A stretch of 64,000 nucleotides of DNA from an uncultured delta proteobacterium (GCA_963733195.1 CAVTCR010000063.1:37580-101579), one strand, 5' to 3'; shown: positions 12,070 through 23,116, counted from the first letter of the stretch. The notes: generated by a model from the sequence alone, not told the origin. Program-made: numbers and translations.

Positions 12070-12192
12070 CGTTCGCCCTTCGACTTCGCTGCAGCTACGC
12101 TCAGGACGAGCGGGTTGAGCGGTCCGTTCGTGCTGAGTGTAACCCCCAGGGTAAAGCTTGTCCTGAGCTTGTCGAAGGATGAAGCATGAACG
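12070..12192. repeat. REP-like palindromic element (CCCTTCGAC...GCTCAGGAC / GTCCTGAGC..GTCGAAGG family)
   Basis: cccttcgacttcgctgcagctacgctcaggac pairs with gtcctgagcttgtcgaagg; flanked by cgttc...gaacg. Confidence 0.7.
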
Positions 12193-12339
12193 ACGGTTGC
12201 TACAACTCACATGGGAGAACTATAACAAGTCGTTCCTGGACCATAGCGGGGGGTCTCGAGGTCTAGATTCTCAATAGAAACACCGAGTCCTCATTGCTCG
12301 ATACTCATTACTCATTACTGTTTGTCGGAGGAGGTTGCC

Positions 12340-13095
12340 ATGCGACTCGAAGGAAAAATTGCGTTGATTACTGGTGCCGGTTCTGGTCAAGGACGAGAAG
12401 CCGCAGTGCTCTTTGCTCAGGAGGGCGCACGAGTGGTGGTGACTGATGTGGACGAGAATGGAGTAAAGGAAACTATCGAGCAAATTAAAGCCGCTGGTGG
12501 CGAAGCGGTTGGTCGTCGGATGGACGTTGCTGATGCTACTCAAGTACAGGACGGGGTCGGTTTTGCCATACGGACATATGGATCACTGCATGTGCTCTAT
12601 AACAATGCTGGCGTTTACCTCCGCGGCAAAGATGGGCCGGTGACGAGAGTCTCGGATGATATTTGGGACCAGACTCTCAACGTCAACCTCAAGAGCATGT
12701 ATCTCTGTTGTAAGTACGCTATTCCCGAAATGATCAAAGCTGGCGGTGGTGCAATTGTGAGCACAGCATCAGCCGCAGGATTGATGGGCAGCAACTTCCA
12801 CGCCTACTCGGCGTCAAAGGGCGGAATGATTGCGCTCAGTCGCTCAATTGCGACCACCTACGCGGCCCAAAATGTTCGTTCCAACGTGATTTGCCCAGGC
12901 TTTATTGAAACCCAAATGACCGCTGAGATTTCCGGTAGCCAGCGGTTGTTACAGGCTTACCTGGACAACACGCCGCTCCATCGCGCAGGTCGAGCGGTTG
13001 ATGTAGCCTATATGGCGTTATATCTCGCCTCCGACGAAGCGGCTTTTGTGACTGGCGGAGTGTTTGTCATCGACGGTGGCGTGACCGCCCGCTAA
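12340..13095 (+). CDS. Short-chain dehydrogenase/reductase
   Basis: TGAGSGQG, NNAG, YSASK; RBS ggagg upstream. Confidence 0.92.
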   Translation: MRLEGKIALITGAGSGQGREAAVLFAQEGARVVVTDVDENGVKETIEQIKAAGGEAVGRRMDVADATQVQDGVGFAIRTYGSLHVLYNNAGVYLRGKDGPVTRVSDDIWDQTLNVNLKSMYLCCKYAIPEMIKAGGGAIVSTASAAGLMGSNFHAYSASKGGMIALSRSIATTYAAQNVRSNVICPGFIETQMTAEISGSQRLLQAYLDNTPLHRAGRAVDVAYMALYLASDEAAFVTGGVFVIDGGVTAR

Positions 13096-13180
13096 TTCAG
13101 CTCCCCTGTGAAACTGGGGTTCTCCTTACCAGCGCTCTCAGCTATAGTTGCGCGCACTTTACCGTGAAAAAGGGATTTTT

Positions 13181-14896
13181 ATGCAACAGTACGTCCGCAA
13201 AGTTGACGCGAGCGGCCACGCCTATGTAGAGACTGACCTCTCTGGGTACATGTTGACGCGTTCGCCTCTGCTCAACAAAGGAACAGCTTTCACGATCGAA
13301 GAGCGCAAGGAACTCGGATTGTTGGGCACTCTCCCCCCGCACGTGACGCCGCTGGCCGAGCAGGTACAACAAAGCTACGCCAATTTCAGTAATTTCCAAA
13401 CTCCTCTCGATAAGCACGTCTTTCTGCGTATGCTGCAAGATCGCAATGAAGTGCTCTTCTATGCATTGGTCGCCCAGCATCTCGAAGAGATGATGCCGAT
13501 CATCTATACGCCGACCGTCGGTGAAGCGGTCGAGAAGTTTAGTCACATCTTTCGTCACCCGCGCGGGTTGATCATCAGTACCGCGAATATCGATTACATT
13601 GATTCCTTACTCGACAACACGCCGCTCCCTGATGTGAAGCTCGTTGTCGCAAGTGATGCCGAGGCTATTCTTGGCATTGGTGATCAAGGCGTTGGTGGCT
13701 TGGGCATCTGTATCGGAAAGCTTTCTTTATACACAGCAGCGGCCGGGATTGATCCAGCGTTCACGTTACCTGTTGGCGTTGATATTGGCACCAATCGCCA
13801 AGACTTGCTTGATGATCCCCTGTATCTTGGGGTCCGGCACAAGCGACTTGAAGGCAAGGCCTACATGGACTTTATTGAAAAGTTCGTCACCGCCTTCAAG
13901 AAGCGCTTTCCTTCTGCACTGCTCCAGTGGGAAGATTTTAGCAAGCAGAAAGCCTTTGACGTCCTTGACCACTTCCAAGATGTTACGCCATCGTTTAACG
14001 ATGACATTCAAGGCACAGGTGCCGTGGTGCTCGCCGGTTTATTGGCGAGCATGCGCAAGATCGGACAAAAACTGTCAGACCAAGTTTTCGTGATTCATGG
14101 GGCCGGTGCAGGTGGGGTTGGCGTTGCGCGGCAGATTTGTCTGGGGATGGAGCTGGAAGGCACGTCACCAGCAGCGGCCAAGGAACGCATGCTGACGTTG
14201 GACTCGAAAGGTTTAGTGCTGACCAATCGTTCTGGACTCGAACCGTACAAGCTGGAATTTGCCCTTGATCCGCAACGCGTTGCCGGATGGAAAACCAAAG
14301 GTGCGATTCCCGATTTACTCGAAACCGTGCGGCAAGGAAAAGTGACGGCGTTGATTGGATTGTCGGGTCAACGTGGAGCGTTCCCGGAGGAAATCGTCCG
14401 TGCGGTGGCGGTTAATACTCCTCACCCAATTGTCTTTGCTCTTTCTAATCCGACGGCGAACTGTGAAGTTGATCCGACGGATGTCTATCGCTGGACTGAT
14501 GGGAAAGCGATCGTGGCTACAGGCAGTCCGTTTGCCGACGTTTCGCATGGGGGCAGATCGTATCCGGTTGGCCAAGGCAATAATGCCTTCATCTTTCCCG
14601 GTCTTGGCCTTGGCGTGATGTTGAGTGGTGCACGAAGAGTCACCGAGAAAATGCTCACGGCGGCAGCGGTCGCTTTGAACGACTTCACGACCGACGAGCG
14701 CATTGCTCAAGGTGGTGTGTATCCACGCATCGAGCAATTGCGCGAAGCGAGCAAACATGTCGCCGTTGCAGTCATCAAACAAGCAATGAAAGATGGTTTA
14801 GCTCGGAACGAGGTTCCTGAGAAAAATCTTGATGCCTTTGTCGAGAGTGGGATGTGGAGACCTGAATACCTGCCGATCCGACGCAAGCGAGCGTAG
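13181..14896 (+). CDS. maeA: NAD-dependent malic enzyme
   Basis: LNKGTAF, IYTPTVG, ILGIGDQG, QWEDF, FNDDIQGTG, LSNPT, QGNNAFIFPG. Confidence 0.95.
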   Translation: MQQYVRKVDASGHAYVETDLSGYMLTRSPLLNKGTAFTIEERKELGLLGTLPPHVTPLAEQVQQSYANFSNFQTPLDKHVFLRMLQDRNEVLFYALVAQHLEEMMPIIYTPTVGEAVEKFSHIFRHPRGLIISTANIDYIDSLLDNTPLPDVKLVVASDAEAILGIGDQGVGGLGICIGKLSLYTAAAGIDPAFTLPVGVDIGTNRQDLLDDPLYLGVRHKRLEGKAYMDFIEKFVTAFKKRFPSALLQWEDFSKQKAFDVLDHFQDVTPSFNDDIQGTGAVVLAGLLASMRKIGQKLSDQVFVIHGAGAGGVGVARQICLGMELEGTSPAAAKERMLTLDSKGLVLTNRSGLEPYKLEFALDPQRVAGWKTKGAIPDLLETVRQGKVTALIGLSGQRGAFPEEIVRAVAVNTPHPIVFALSNPTANCEVDPTDVYRWTDGKAIVATGSPFADVSHGGRSYPVGQGNNAFIFPGLGLGVMLSGARRVTEKMLTAAAVALNDFTTDERIAQGGVYPRIEQLREASKHVAVAVIKQAMKDGLARNEVPEKNLDAFVESGMWRPEYLPIRRKRA

Positions 14897-14939
14897 TGCT
14901 GAAGTCTAGAGGCTGAAGACTAAAGGCTTAAGACTTGTG

Positions 14940-14970
14940 AGGGCGACGCAACCGTCGCCCTTATTTTTTG
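14940..14970 (+). terminator. Hairpin plus U-tract after the malic enzyme gene
   Basis: agggcgacg-caac-cgtcgccct followed by tattttttg. Confidence 0.65.
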
Positions 14971-14985
14971 CGGAGGAAATGAGAG

Positions 14986-15880
14986 ATGCAAGATCTAGCT
15001 GGGCGAGTAGCGGTGATCACTGGCGGTGCGAGTGGGATCGGCTTGGCAACGGCACGAGCCCTCGCCCGAGAGAAGATGCGTATTGTTTTAGCTGATATCG
15101 AGCAGGGGCCACTCTTGATGCGGCAGTCAAAGAGATTCAAGGGCTGGGCGTGGAAGCCTTGGCGTACGTACTGATGTTGGCGACCTCAAGCAGGTGCAAG
15201 CGCTTGCCGATAAGACCTGGGAACGCTTCGGTGCAGCCCACGTTGTTTTTAACAACGCAGGGGTAGCAGTGTTTGGTCCGATCCAGGAGATGAAACACGA
15301 AGATTGGGAATGGGTGCTCAGGGTCGATCTCTGGGGAGTGATTCATGGTGTTGAGGCATTCCTCAACCGGATGATCGCCCAGAAGCAAGGCGGACATATT
15401 GTGAATACCGCCTCGTTTGCTGGGCTTGCTCCTAATCGCGGACTGGGTGCGTACTGCGTAGCAAAATATGGGGTTGTCGCCTTGTCTGAGTGTTTAGCCC
15501 GCGATGTCAAAGAGCACGACATTGGTGTGTCGGTATTATGCCCGATGATCTTGGCAACCAATATCAATCACTCCGAGCGCAATCGACCGACAGAGCTGGG
15601 CGGCGCGAAAGCACAACGACAACAAACAAGTGCCGAGCAGCAGAGTATGCGGGGAAGAGTGTTGACACCTGAGTTGGCAGCCGAGAAAGTTGTCCAGGCA
15701 ATTAAAAGCGGAGAATTGTATATTCACACGCACGAAGAAGCGCGCGACTTCGTACGTCGCCGCTTTGAACGGATCGATCGGGCGTTTGAGAAGTTAAAAA
15801 TGACGAGAGGGGGTTGTCAGTTCTCGCCCCTCGACTTAGCCACAGGACAGGCTGCGGCGGGAATCCAAGGGGTGGCGTGA
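14986..15880 (+). CDS. SDR oxidoreductase, frameshifted near 15110-15190; true end probably near 15800
   Basis: TGGASGIG in first frame; NNAG and YCVAK in second frame. Confidence 0.85.
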
Positions 15881-15889
15881 AGATATCCC

Positions 15890-18800
15890 TCAACTCTTCC
15901 AACAATTCCTTCGCCTCTTGCAAATCTTTCGTATCGAATCCTTCAGTGAACCAGTTGTAGATCTCTGACAACATCTTGTGAGCTTCTTGTCGTCTTTCCT
16001 TGCTGCTGCCACAGGCGGCGCGAGGCTCATAGACTGCTCGCAGCTCCAGCGACTTCGCTTGTTGCTTGCGCGCAATCTCGATGGCTTTGAGGAAACACGC
16101 TCGGCTTCGCCTGGGGGTCGGGGTCAGGGGTGGGGATCGGTTCTTGACTTTTGATTGCTTTTGATCTTGGACTAGACTCTAGACTTTGGACTCTGGACTG
16201 GGCGAGCGTAAGCTCGCCTTTCAGCCGATACAGCTCGGCCTCGTAGAAACGCTCCCCAGTTTTGTCCACCACAGCCAGCGCTTCGGCCAGCACAGCTGAG
16301 CCCTTCCTCTGCCTGCCCTACTTTCCCATACGCCTCGGCCAGCAGGGCAAGACAATACGGCCGAAACAGCTCTGCTCCCGTGGCCCGACAGGCAGCCAGG
16401 CCCTGGCTGCATCTGAGCAATGCCTTCTTCTCCCTGGCCTTGCTCGGCCAGCGCCCAGCCCCGCACGATCGTCCCATGCGCCAACAAGAACGGAAACCCC
16501 TGCTCGGTTGAGAGTGTTATTAGCTGCCTCTGCCCGCTCTCGGGCTGCCTGCCCTCCCGGCGGAACTGATGGAGCACAGGCAGCACAGATCAAGGCATAA
16601 GCTAAGCTGTAGGGATGAGACAGCTCCTGGGCCAAGGTCGAGCGCCTCGTGGACTTCTCTTGAGGGCTTGGTCCGGATAGCCAAGATGCCACAGGGCATA
16701 GGCCGCATAGCGATAGGCAAACCACTCCAGGATCCTGTCCCATAGAAGAGAGACAAAGGAGTGGTGCTTCTGAGGGTCATAGAGGGCAATCCCTTGCTCT
16801 AAATGCTGCTCGGGCTAGAGCAAACTCTCCCAGGAAGATACAAGGTCTACCCCAGCGCATGGTGGGCCTCCACGAGGAGAGCTGGGTCTTGCACACTTTG
16901 GGCCAAGCTGCAAGCAGCTGCTCTCGCCAGCTCACGGGCCGTCTGTAACTCTCGCCCGCGTATAGATAAAACACCGACAGGCCAAACAGCACCGGGAAGA
17001 GCTGAGGAGTTTCCCCTACCTGCTGGCACAGCTCGCGCGCCCGGGTGTAAGTTTTTTCCACTTCTGGGGCCGCAAAGCCCTTGGTGGCGATCAGCGGCGC
17101 ACCCAGGGCGAGTTGCAGGGTGAGTTCTTGCTGGACGCGCTCGGGAGTGTCGGGCAGGGTCTTGAGCAACTCCAGCCCCTTGGTGAGGTGACTGATCGCT
17201 TCCACATAGGCCGAGCGCTGGCTGGCTCGCTGACCTGCTCTGCTGCCAATAGGGAAGGGCCTGCGCGATGAGACCCGCTTCGGTGTAGTGATGCGCCACT
17301 AATTCTGGTTGGGTCTCTTTGGTCTCTGGAAACCGCTCCTCGAAGACCTGAGCTATCTGGTGGTGATACTGCTGACGTTTGCTTTTGAGCAGCGATTGAT
17401 ATGCGGTCTCTTGCACCAGCGCATGCTTGAAGAGATAGGTCGCCTGCGGTGGCAGCCCGCGCTGATAGAGAAGCTCCGCCGCGACTAACTTGCTTAACTC
17501 TTGCTGCAACGCTGCCTCGGTGAGCGGTGAGACCGCACTCAATAACTCGTAGGTTAGTTCGCGTCCCACCACCGCCCCTTGTTGCGCTACCTCTTTGGCG
17601 GTCCCTAGCCGATCCAGCCGGGCCATGAGCGCATCTTGCAGGGTGGAAGGAATCCCTAACGATACGGCGCACATGCTGCCCTCTCAGTTTTCCTTCCTGT
17701 CCCCCGTCCCCTGTAACCTGTTCCCTCGGACTCGACGACAATCTTCGTCAGCTCTTCGACGAACAGCGGGACTCCATCCGTCTTGGCGACAATCTGCTGC
17801 AGGACTTCAGACGGCAGCGCTTTCCCACCGGTGAGCTGCTCGACGATGGCGCTGGTCTGCTTGCGTCCTAACCGACTCAGCACGAGGTGACTGACGTGCG
17901 AACGCGACGCCCAGGCCGGCGTAAACTCGGGCCGAAAGGTCAACAGCATGAGCATGCGGGCCGTGGGCACTTGGTCGAGACATAACGCGAGAAACTCTAG
18001 GGTAGAGGGGTCTGCCCAGTGCAGGTCTTCCCAGACGGTGTACACCGTGGCTCGCTCGGCTTCCTCGAACAGCCAGTGTAATAAGGCATCGAGCGTCTTC
18101 TGTTTTTGCTGCTGGGGAGTCAAGGTCAAGGGTGAGAAACCTTCTGGGTGAGGGAGCGACAGCAACGCGGCCAGCAGCGGGACCGTGTCACTCTGCGGGA
18201 AACGGTAGCGAGCGAGCGTCTGTTCCAGTTTCTGGAGCTTGGCTTGAGGTGTATCGCTGGGCGCGAAGTGGAGCACCTGCTGTACATGCTCAATGAGAGG
18301 ATAGAACGCACTGTTTTGGTGATAGGGGGAACAGCGGAACTCAATGCGGACAGCACTGTCTTGGGCGACATGGTCCTTGAGTTCCTGCACGAGCCGGGAC
18401 TTGCCAATGCCGGCTTCGCCACTGAGCAAGACGACTTGGCCTTCGCCATCGGTGGCTTGCTCCCAGCGGCGGCGCAGCAGGGCCAGTTCTTCTTCCCGGC
18501 CCACCAAAGGCGTGAGTCCAGCCTGAACCGCTACGTCAAAGCGGCTCTGGGCTTCGCTCTCCTTCACCACGCGATAGAGCGTCAGGGGAGTTGTTACGCC
18601 TTTGAGTTCTGGTTGTCCGCGGTCTTCACATGCAAACAAGCCTTCGACCAGGCGATAGGTGGCTGCGCTGATCACGACTTCATCGGGCTCGGCTTGCCCT
18701 TGGATGCGGGCGGCAAGGTTGGGTGTCTCGCCTAAGGCCAGCATCTCCCGCTTCTCGCTGCTGCCGATCTCGCCGACGACGACTAACCCGGTGTGAATGC

Positions 18801-19480
18801 CGATGCGCACTTGTAGTGATTTCCCTTCCCCCCTGGCGGGGGAAGGTTAGGATGAGGGGGAAGTGCGGTTACGGCATTGACTTTAGCCCCCTCACCCTGT
18901 CCTCCTGTGACTACGCTGAAGACTCTCCCGCCAGGGGAGAGGGGACCACTTGTGAGATGGCGATGATAATTTCTAATCCCGCTCGCACGGCACGTTGCGC
19001 ATCGTCTTCATGGGCGACTGGATAACCGAAGTAGACCAGCAACCCATCCCCGAGATGCTGGGCAATGTGCCCTTCGTACCGCCGGATCACCTCCGTGCAG
19101 GTCTCTTGGTAGGCGCGCACCACTTCGCGCAATTCTTCTGGGTCAAGTTGCGCGGACAGTGCAGTCGAGCCCACGAAATCACAGAACATCACGGTCAATT
19201 GCCGCCGCTCCGCGGCGTTCAGTTGAGAACTGACAACTGTTGGGGACTGGGGGGAACTTGGAACCTGGAACTCGGAACTTGAAACTGGCGAAGCGCCAGT
19301 CCAGACCAGAAAGCGTCCGTCTTCATCGGTTGCGAGTCGCTTGGCACCGATGAGTTCCTCCTTGAGGTCTTCGAGATACTCGTCATCCAGGGTAAACCGC
19401 CGCTTTAAGCCCCGGTACGAGACCCGTTTCTCGCGCTGCAATAGGTCTTGGACCTGAGAGAGTACTTCATCGAACGTCAT
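15890..19480 (-). pseudogene. Class III adenylate/guanylate cyclase + AAA/STAND ATPase + TPR protein (copy 1), multiple frameshifts
   Basis: MTFDEVL N-domain; [28 protein letters not shown] cyclase motifs; GEAGIGKS Walker A; WEDLHWAD; YLFKHAL; C-terminal AELYRLKGEL...[17 protein letters not shown]. Confidence 0.9.
18821..18945. repeat. Palindromic REP-like element (PSPLAGE...GEG type) inside the cyclase domain
   Basis: Imperfect terminal inverted repeat tcccttccccc-ctggcggggga / tctcccgccaggggagagggga. Confidence 0.75.
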
Positions 19481-19685
19481 GGAGATTCTCCACTTATTCG
19501 TTTCGGATACCTGAATAGTGAGCTATTCGTTCATCTTTCCTTATGGTCCTATTATTCTCACGACTGCCGGTCCGGCGCGAGAGTTGTCAGCGCTATGGAT
19601 AGCGTGCTGTCTCTCAGCGGTGAGCGCATCGTACACAAGCAGATGGCAGGCAACTATAGCGGTTTTCAGTGAGACCCAGGCAATG

Positions 19686-20092
19686 TCATTGCTCAAGCAA
19701 CTCAAGGAACTGGGCTGGCGAGATGATGCGGACGCTCCGATAGGTTTTGAGGGGAAGCAGATGCTTTTTGTCGCCGGTGACAAGGAACTCGGCCTGAGCA
19801 GCAAGCGCACACTCGATGATACGGTTGTCGTCATCTTTCGCCGTAACAACAGTGATGCGCTCCGTGGGTTCAACCAACCGAGCAAGAGAGCGAATGAGCC
19901 GAACACGCGCAGTCGTTGTTCTTTCACTAAACCCGAACTTCTCCCGCAAAATACGATCGAGTTCAGCAAGAATGAAAGTAGAAGTAAAGAGTTCGACTTC
20001 TCCTCGCCGGGTACGAGAGAGGATCTGGTCTGGCTTGCTGCTAGGAAAGCTAAAGCGGAGATCAGGACATTAGTATCCAGAACAATCCGCAT
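19686..20092 (-). CDS. PIN-domain toxin (VapC-like, TIGR00305 type), one frameshift near 20045
   Basis: MRIVLDTNVLISAL then ...DDDNRIIECALAAQAEFLVTGDKKHLL. Confidence 0.85.
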
Positions 20093-20104
20093 AGGAGGAG
20101 TTGA

Positions 20105-20341
20105 TTATTTGCGAACATCATGAACGAGCTGGTCAACATCGTCTTCGGTGCGAATACTAAGTTCCCGCGCTCGTGCAGCAGTCTTGTGTTGCAGCTTCCG
20201 CCAGCGTCGCTCTTCCAAGTAGAAGCGCAGTGCCTCCCGAAGGATGTCGCTTTTGGAGCGCCGTTCTTCCTGCGCTGTACGTTCAGCTTCGCGCTCGAGT
20301 TGGGGGGGAAGCGATACTGTCCAAGTCTTTGTCGTGCGCAT
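20105..20341 (-). CDS. Ribbon-helix-helix (CopG-like) antitoxin
   Basis: MRTTKTWTVSLPPQL...RSKSDILREALRFY, directly upstream of the PIN gene. Confidence 0.85.
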   Translation of the reverse strand: MRTTKTWTVSLPPQLEREAERTAQEERRSKSDILREALRFYLEERRWRKLQHKTAARARELSIRTEDDVDQLVHDVRK

Positions 20342-20409
20342 TGCGCGATCTCCTCTGTAAGAAACGTAGCGAGTCCTCCTATGGCTCGCAAGTGCAAAAA
20401 GGAGCAACG

Positions 20410-20582
20410 TTGACCTCCAGACCGCGGATTTTTCGTCCTACCGGTGTGGCTGCCTGTTAGTGCTCTCCTTGGCTACGTTGGAAGATGCTCAGCAACAGCC
20501 GACCAGCTTCCAGTATTTTTACGACGACCTTGGGCAACTGGTGAAGGTCGTCGATGCTGAGCTATTTCTCCTGTCTGAATAA
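20410..20582 (+). pseudogene. Remnant N-terminus of a secreted YD/RHS-repeat protein
   Basis: Signal-like GCLLVLSLA then AQQQPTSFQYFYDDLGQLVKVVD, truncated. Confidence 0.5.
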
Positions 20583-21357
20583 CTCACGGCTAACCCCTCA
20601 CCCGGGTCCATCTGAATGCCGTAATTGGGGATCGGATAGCGTAGCCCTGCTTTGGAGAGCATTTCTAAGCCCTCAATTCACCTGGTAATAGCTGCGGTCG
20701 TAGGGCCATCAACATTTCATCATCTGCCACGCCTCCGTATCGTCGTTCTGCGTAACACGGGATCGAGAGCGATGGCTCTCCGGTGGCGAGCGCGCAGCCC
20801 CACGAATCCGAACATGCACTCTCGCCCACCACACCAAACTGATAGCGCTTATATCCTTTCCATTGCAGACCGTTGATAAAGAGGATCATCTGTCCTGGCG
20901 TGCCATAGATTAGCGCGATGTCTGGTGGGTCAAGACGACCTGATGCGAGTGGAGAAACGGCCATCGCATTGTACTTGCCTGGTGCAACTCGGGTCATCGC
21001 TTGCTGATGTTTCGCGGCCTCTTCTTTGTCCTTGAACCAAACGCCCGCCATTTGGGTGCCGTCTAACGTACTGGGTGGAACTGGCTTCAAGCCGATCACT
21101 GCTCCGCAATTGCCAGGCATGAGGTTGTCGATGGTTACGCCAACCGTCCATCCCACTTGTCGTGCCTGAGTCACAATCTGACAAGTTGTGTGATGCTTCT
21201 TAGGGCGGCGAATCTTGGGAATGGCTTCCATTGCTTCAACCGTTTCAAAAAGCTTCATGCCGATTGGGAGCGTGCGTAGCCGTAACAGGCTTTGCAGCTT
21301 ATCGCTGACTTCTTTCCAATCAATGTGTTCGTTAGTTGTTGGGGTTAGGTCCGCCAT
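20560..21357 (-). CDS. DUF169 family protein, frameshift near the C-terminus
   Basis: CQIVTQAR, NCG, GESACSDS, IPCYAERRYGG; alternate frame continues IEGLEMLSKAGLRYPIP; end approximate. Confidence 0.8.
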
Positions 21358-21479
21358 AGTGCACTCCTTTTATTCCCGCTCCTCTAACAGATTTCCCCTC
21401 ACCTTGCAAGAGGGGACAGATGGATAGTCAAGGAAAGAACCCGCTAAGTTTCTATTTTGAATGTAAGGAGGGGACACCA

Positions 21480-22649
21480 ATGGACTCGCTCCGTGGAAAA
21501 GTAGCGATTGTCGGTGCGGCTGATACTGAAGTAGGAGTCGTTCCGCAGCTCAGTGCTACACAACTGTATGTCAAAGGAGCAAAGCTCGCGCTCGAAGATG
21601 CAGGGATTACGAAAGCTGACGTCGATGGCCTGATTACCTGTACCTCATTTGTCGAGCCGTATATGTATCATGCTGAGATGATCGCTGAGTACATGCAGAT
21701 CTTCCCGCGCTATTGCCTCAACGTTGCGACCGGAGGCGGGACGACGTTGGCGATCATGCACCACGCCGCGTCGGCGATTGCGACCGGTGTGTGTAATACG
21801 GTGCTCATCACGATGGCTGACAATATGCTCTCTGGCCTCTCGCGTGACAGAGCGATTGAGGCAATGTCTACGGCTGGTCACGCTCAGTTTGAGCGACCCT
21901 ATGGTCCGCCTATTCCCGGTTTCTACGCGATGCTGGCTCAAGCGCATATGCATCAATACGGCACAACCAGTGAACAACTGGCTGCGGTTGCGGTTGCGTG
22001 CAGAAAGCATGCCTCGATGAATCCCGCAGCACAGATGCGTCAGCCGATTACGATTGACGATGTGCTCAACTCGAAGATGATCGCGCATCCACTTCACTTG
22101 CTTGACTGTTCGCTGGTCTCAGATGGTGGTGCGGCAGTCATTATGACCTCAGCGGAACGAGCGAAAGACTTCAAGAAGAAACCGGTCTACATGCTTGGTG
22201 TCGGAGAAGGGCATTCGCACGAACATGTGAGTCAAGCACAGAGCCTGACCACCTCGGCAGCGAAAGAAGCCGGTGAACGCGCATATGCGATGGCTGGTCT
22301 TGGACCGAAAGATATGGATGTGGCGGAGTTGTACGATTGTTTTACGCCGGTGGTGATTATTGAACTGGAAGACTTGGGGTTCTGCCCGAAAGGCGAGGGT
22401 GGACGATTTGTTGAAGGTGGCCGTATCGAGCTTGGTGGAGAACTTCCTATCAATACGCATGGTGGTTTAATGTCGCATTGTCATCCAGGACATCCAGGGT
22501 CGCTCTTCTCGATTACAGAAGCAGTACGCCAACTGCGTGGCGAGTGTGGACCCCGGCAGGTGAAAGATGTCGAAGTTGCTTTTGTCCATGGTCAGGGCGG
22601 GATTATGTCTACGCACTGTTCAATGATCCTGGGAAAGGAGCGAAACTAA
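21480..22649 (+). CDS. Thiolase-like protein (SCP-x / lipid-transfer type)
   Basis: LLDCSLVSDGGAA, ELYDCFT, PINTHGGLMS. Confidence 0.9.
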   Translation: MDSLRGKVAIVGAADTEVGVVPQLSATQLYVKGAKLALEDAGITKADVDGLITCTSFVEPYMYHAEMIAEYMQIFPRYCLNVATGGGTTLAIMHHAASAIATGVCNTVLITMADNMLSGLSRDRAIEAMSTAGHAQFERPYGPPIPGFYAMLAQAHMHQYGTTSEQLAAVAVACRKHASMNPAAQMRQPITIDDVLNSKMIAHPLHLLDCSLVSDGGAAVIMTSAERAKDFKKKPVYMLGVGEGHSHEHVSQAQSLTTSAAKEAGERAYAMAGLGPKDMDVAELYDCFTPVVIIELEDLGFCPKGEGGRFVEGGRIELGGELPINTHGGLMSHCHPGHPGSLFSITEAVRQLRGECGPRQVKDVEVAFVHGQGGIMSTHCSMILGKERN

Positions 22650-23059
22650 TGGCCGCACCAGGAGTGAAACCAGTTCCTGTTCCTACCAAAGAAACCAAGC
22701 CGTATTGGGATGGCTGCAAAAAGCACGAGCTTCACATCCAGAAGTGCACAGCGTGTAGTCACCATCAGTTCTACCCGCGGTTGTACTGCACATCCTGTAT
22801 GAGTGACAAAGTCGAATGGGTGAAAGCGTCGGGTCGAGCGAAGGTCCTCTCGTTCACTATTGTCTATCGACCAGTCACCCAAGCCTTCTCTGGCGATGTG
22901 CCCTATGTCGTGGCCTTGGTCACCTTAGATGAAGGGCCGCAAATGATGACCAATATCGTTGGTTGTCCGCCAGAACAAGTAAAGATTGGCATGCCGGTAC
23001 AAGTGACGTTTGAGGATTGGACGGAAGAGATTTCAGTGCCGAAATTCAAACCGGTATAA
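22649..23059 (+). CDS. Zn-ribbon plus OB-fold protein (DUF35 family), thiolase partner
   Basis: CTAC...YPRLYCTSC, PYVVALVTLDEGPQM; TAATG overlap with thiolase. Confidence 0.9.
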   Translation: MAAPGVKPVPVPTKETKPYWDGCKKHELHIQKCTACSHHQFYPRLYCTSCMSDKVEWVKASGRAKVLSFTIVYRPVTQAFSGDVPYVVALVTLDEGPQMMTNIVGCPPEQVKIGMPVQVTFEDWTEEISVPKFKPV

Positions 23060-23116
23060 CTCTGCTCCAACTGACATCCCACCAGGCTGAAAAGGGGAAA
23101 TGGCGAAGTGAAGAAT

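Noticed and set aside
19518-20123. 201-aa plus-strand ORF
   Set aside because: Antisense to the frameshifted PIN toxin gene
20575-20595. ctgaataactcacg resembling an IS66 end
   Set aside because: It is the antisense of the DUF169 C-terminal coding sequence (AVSYS) and has no partner end
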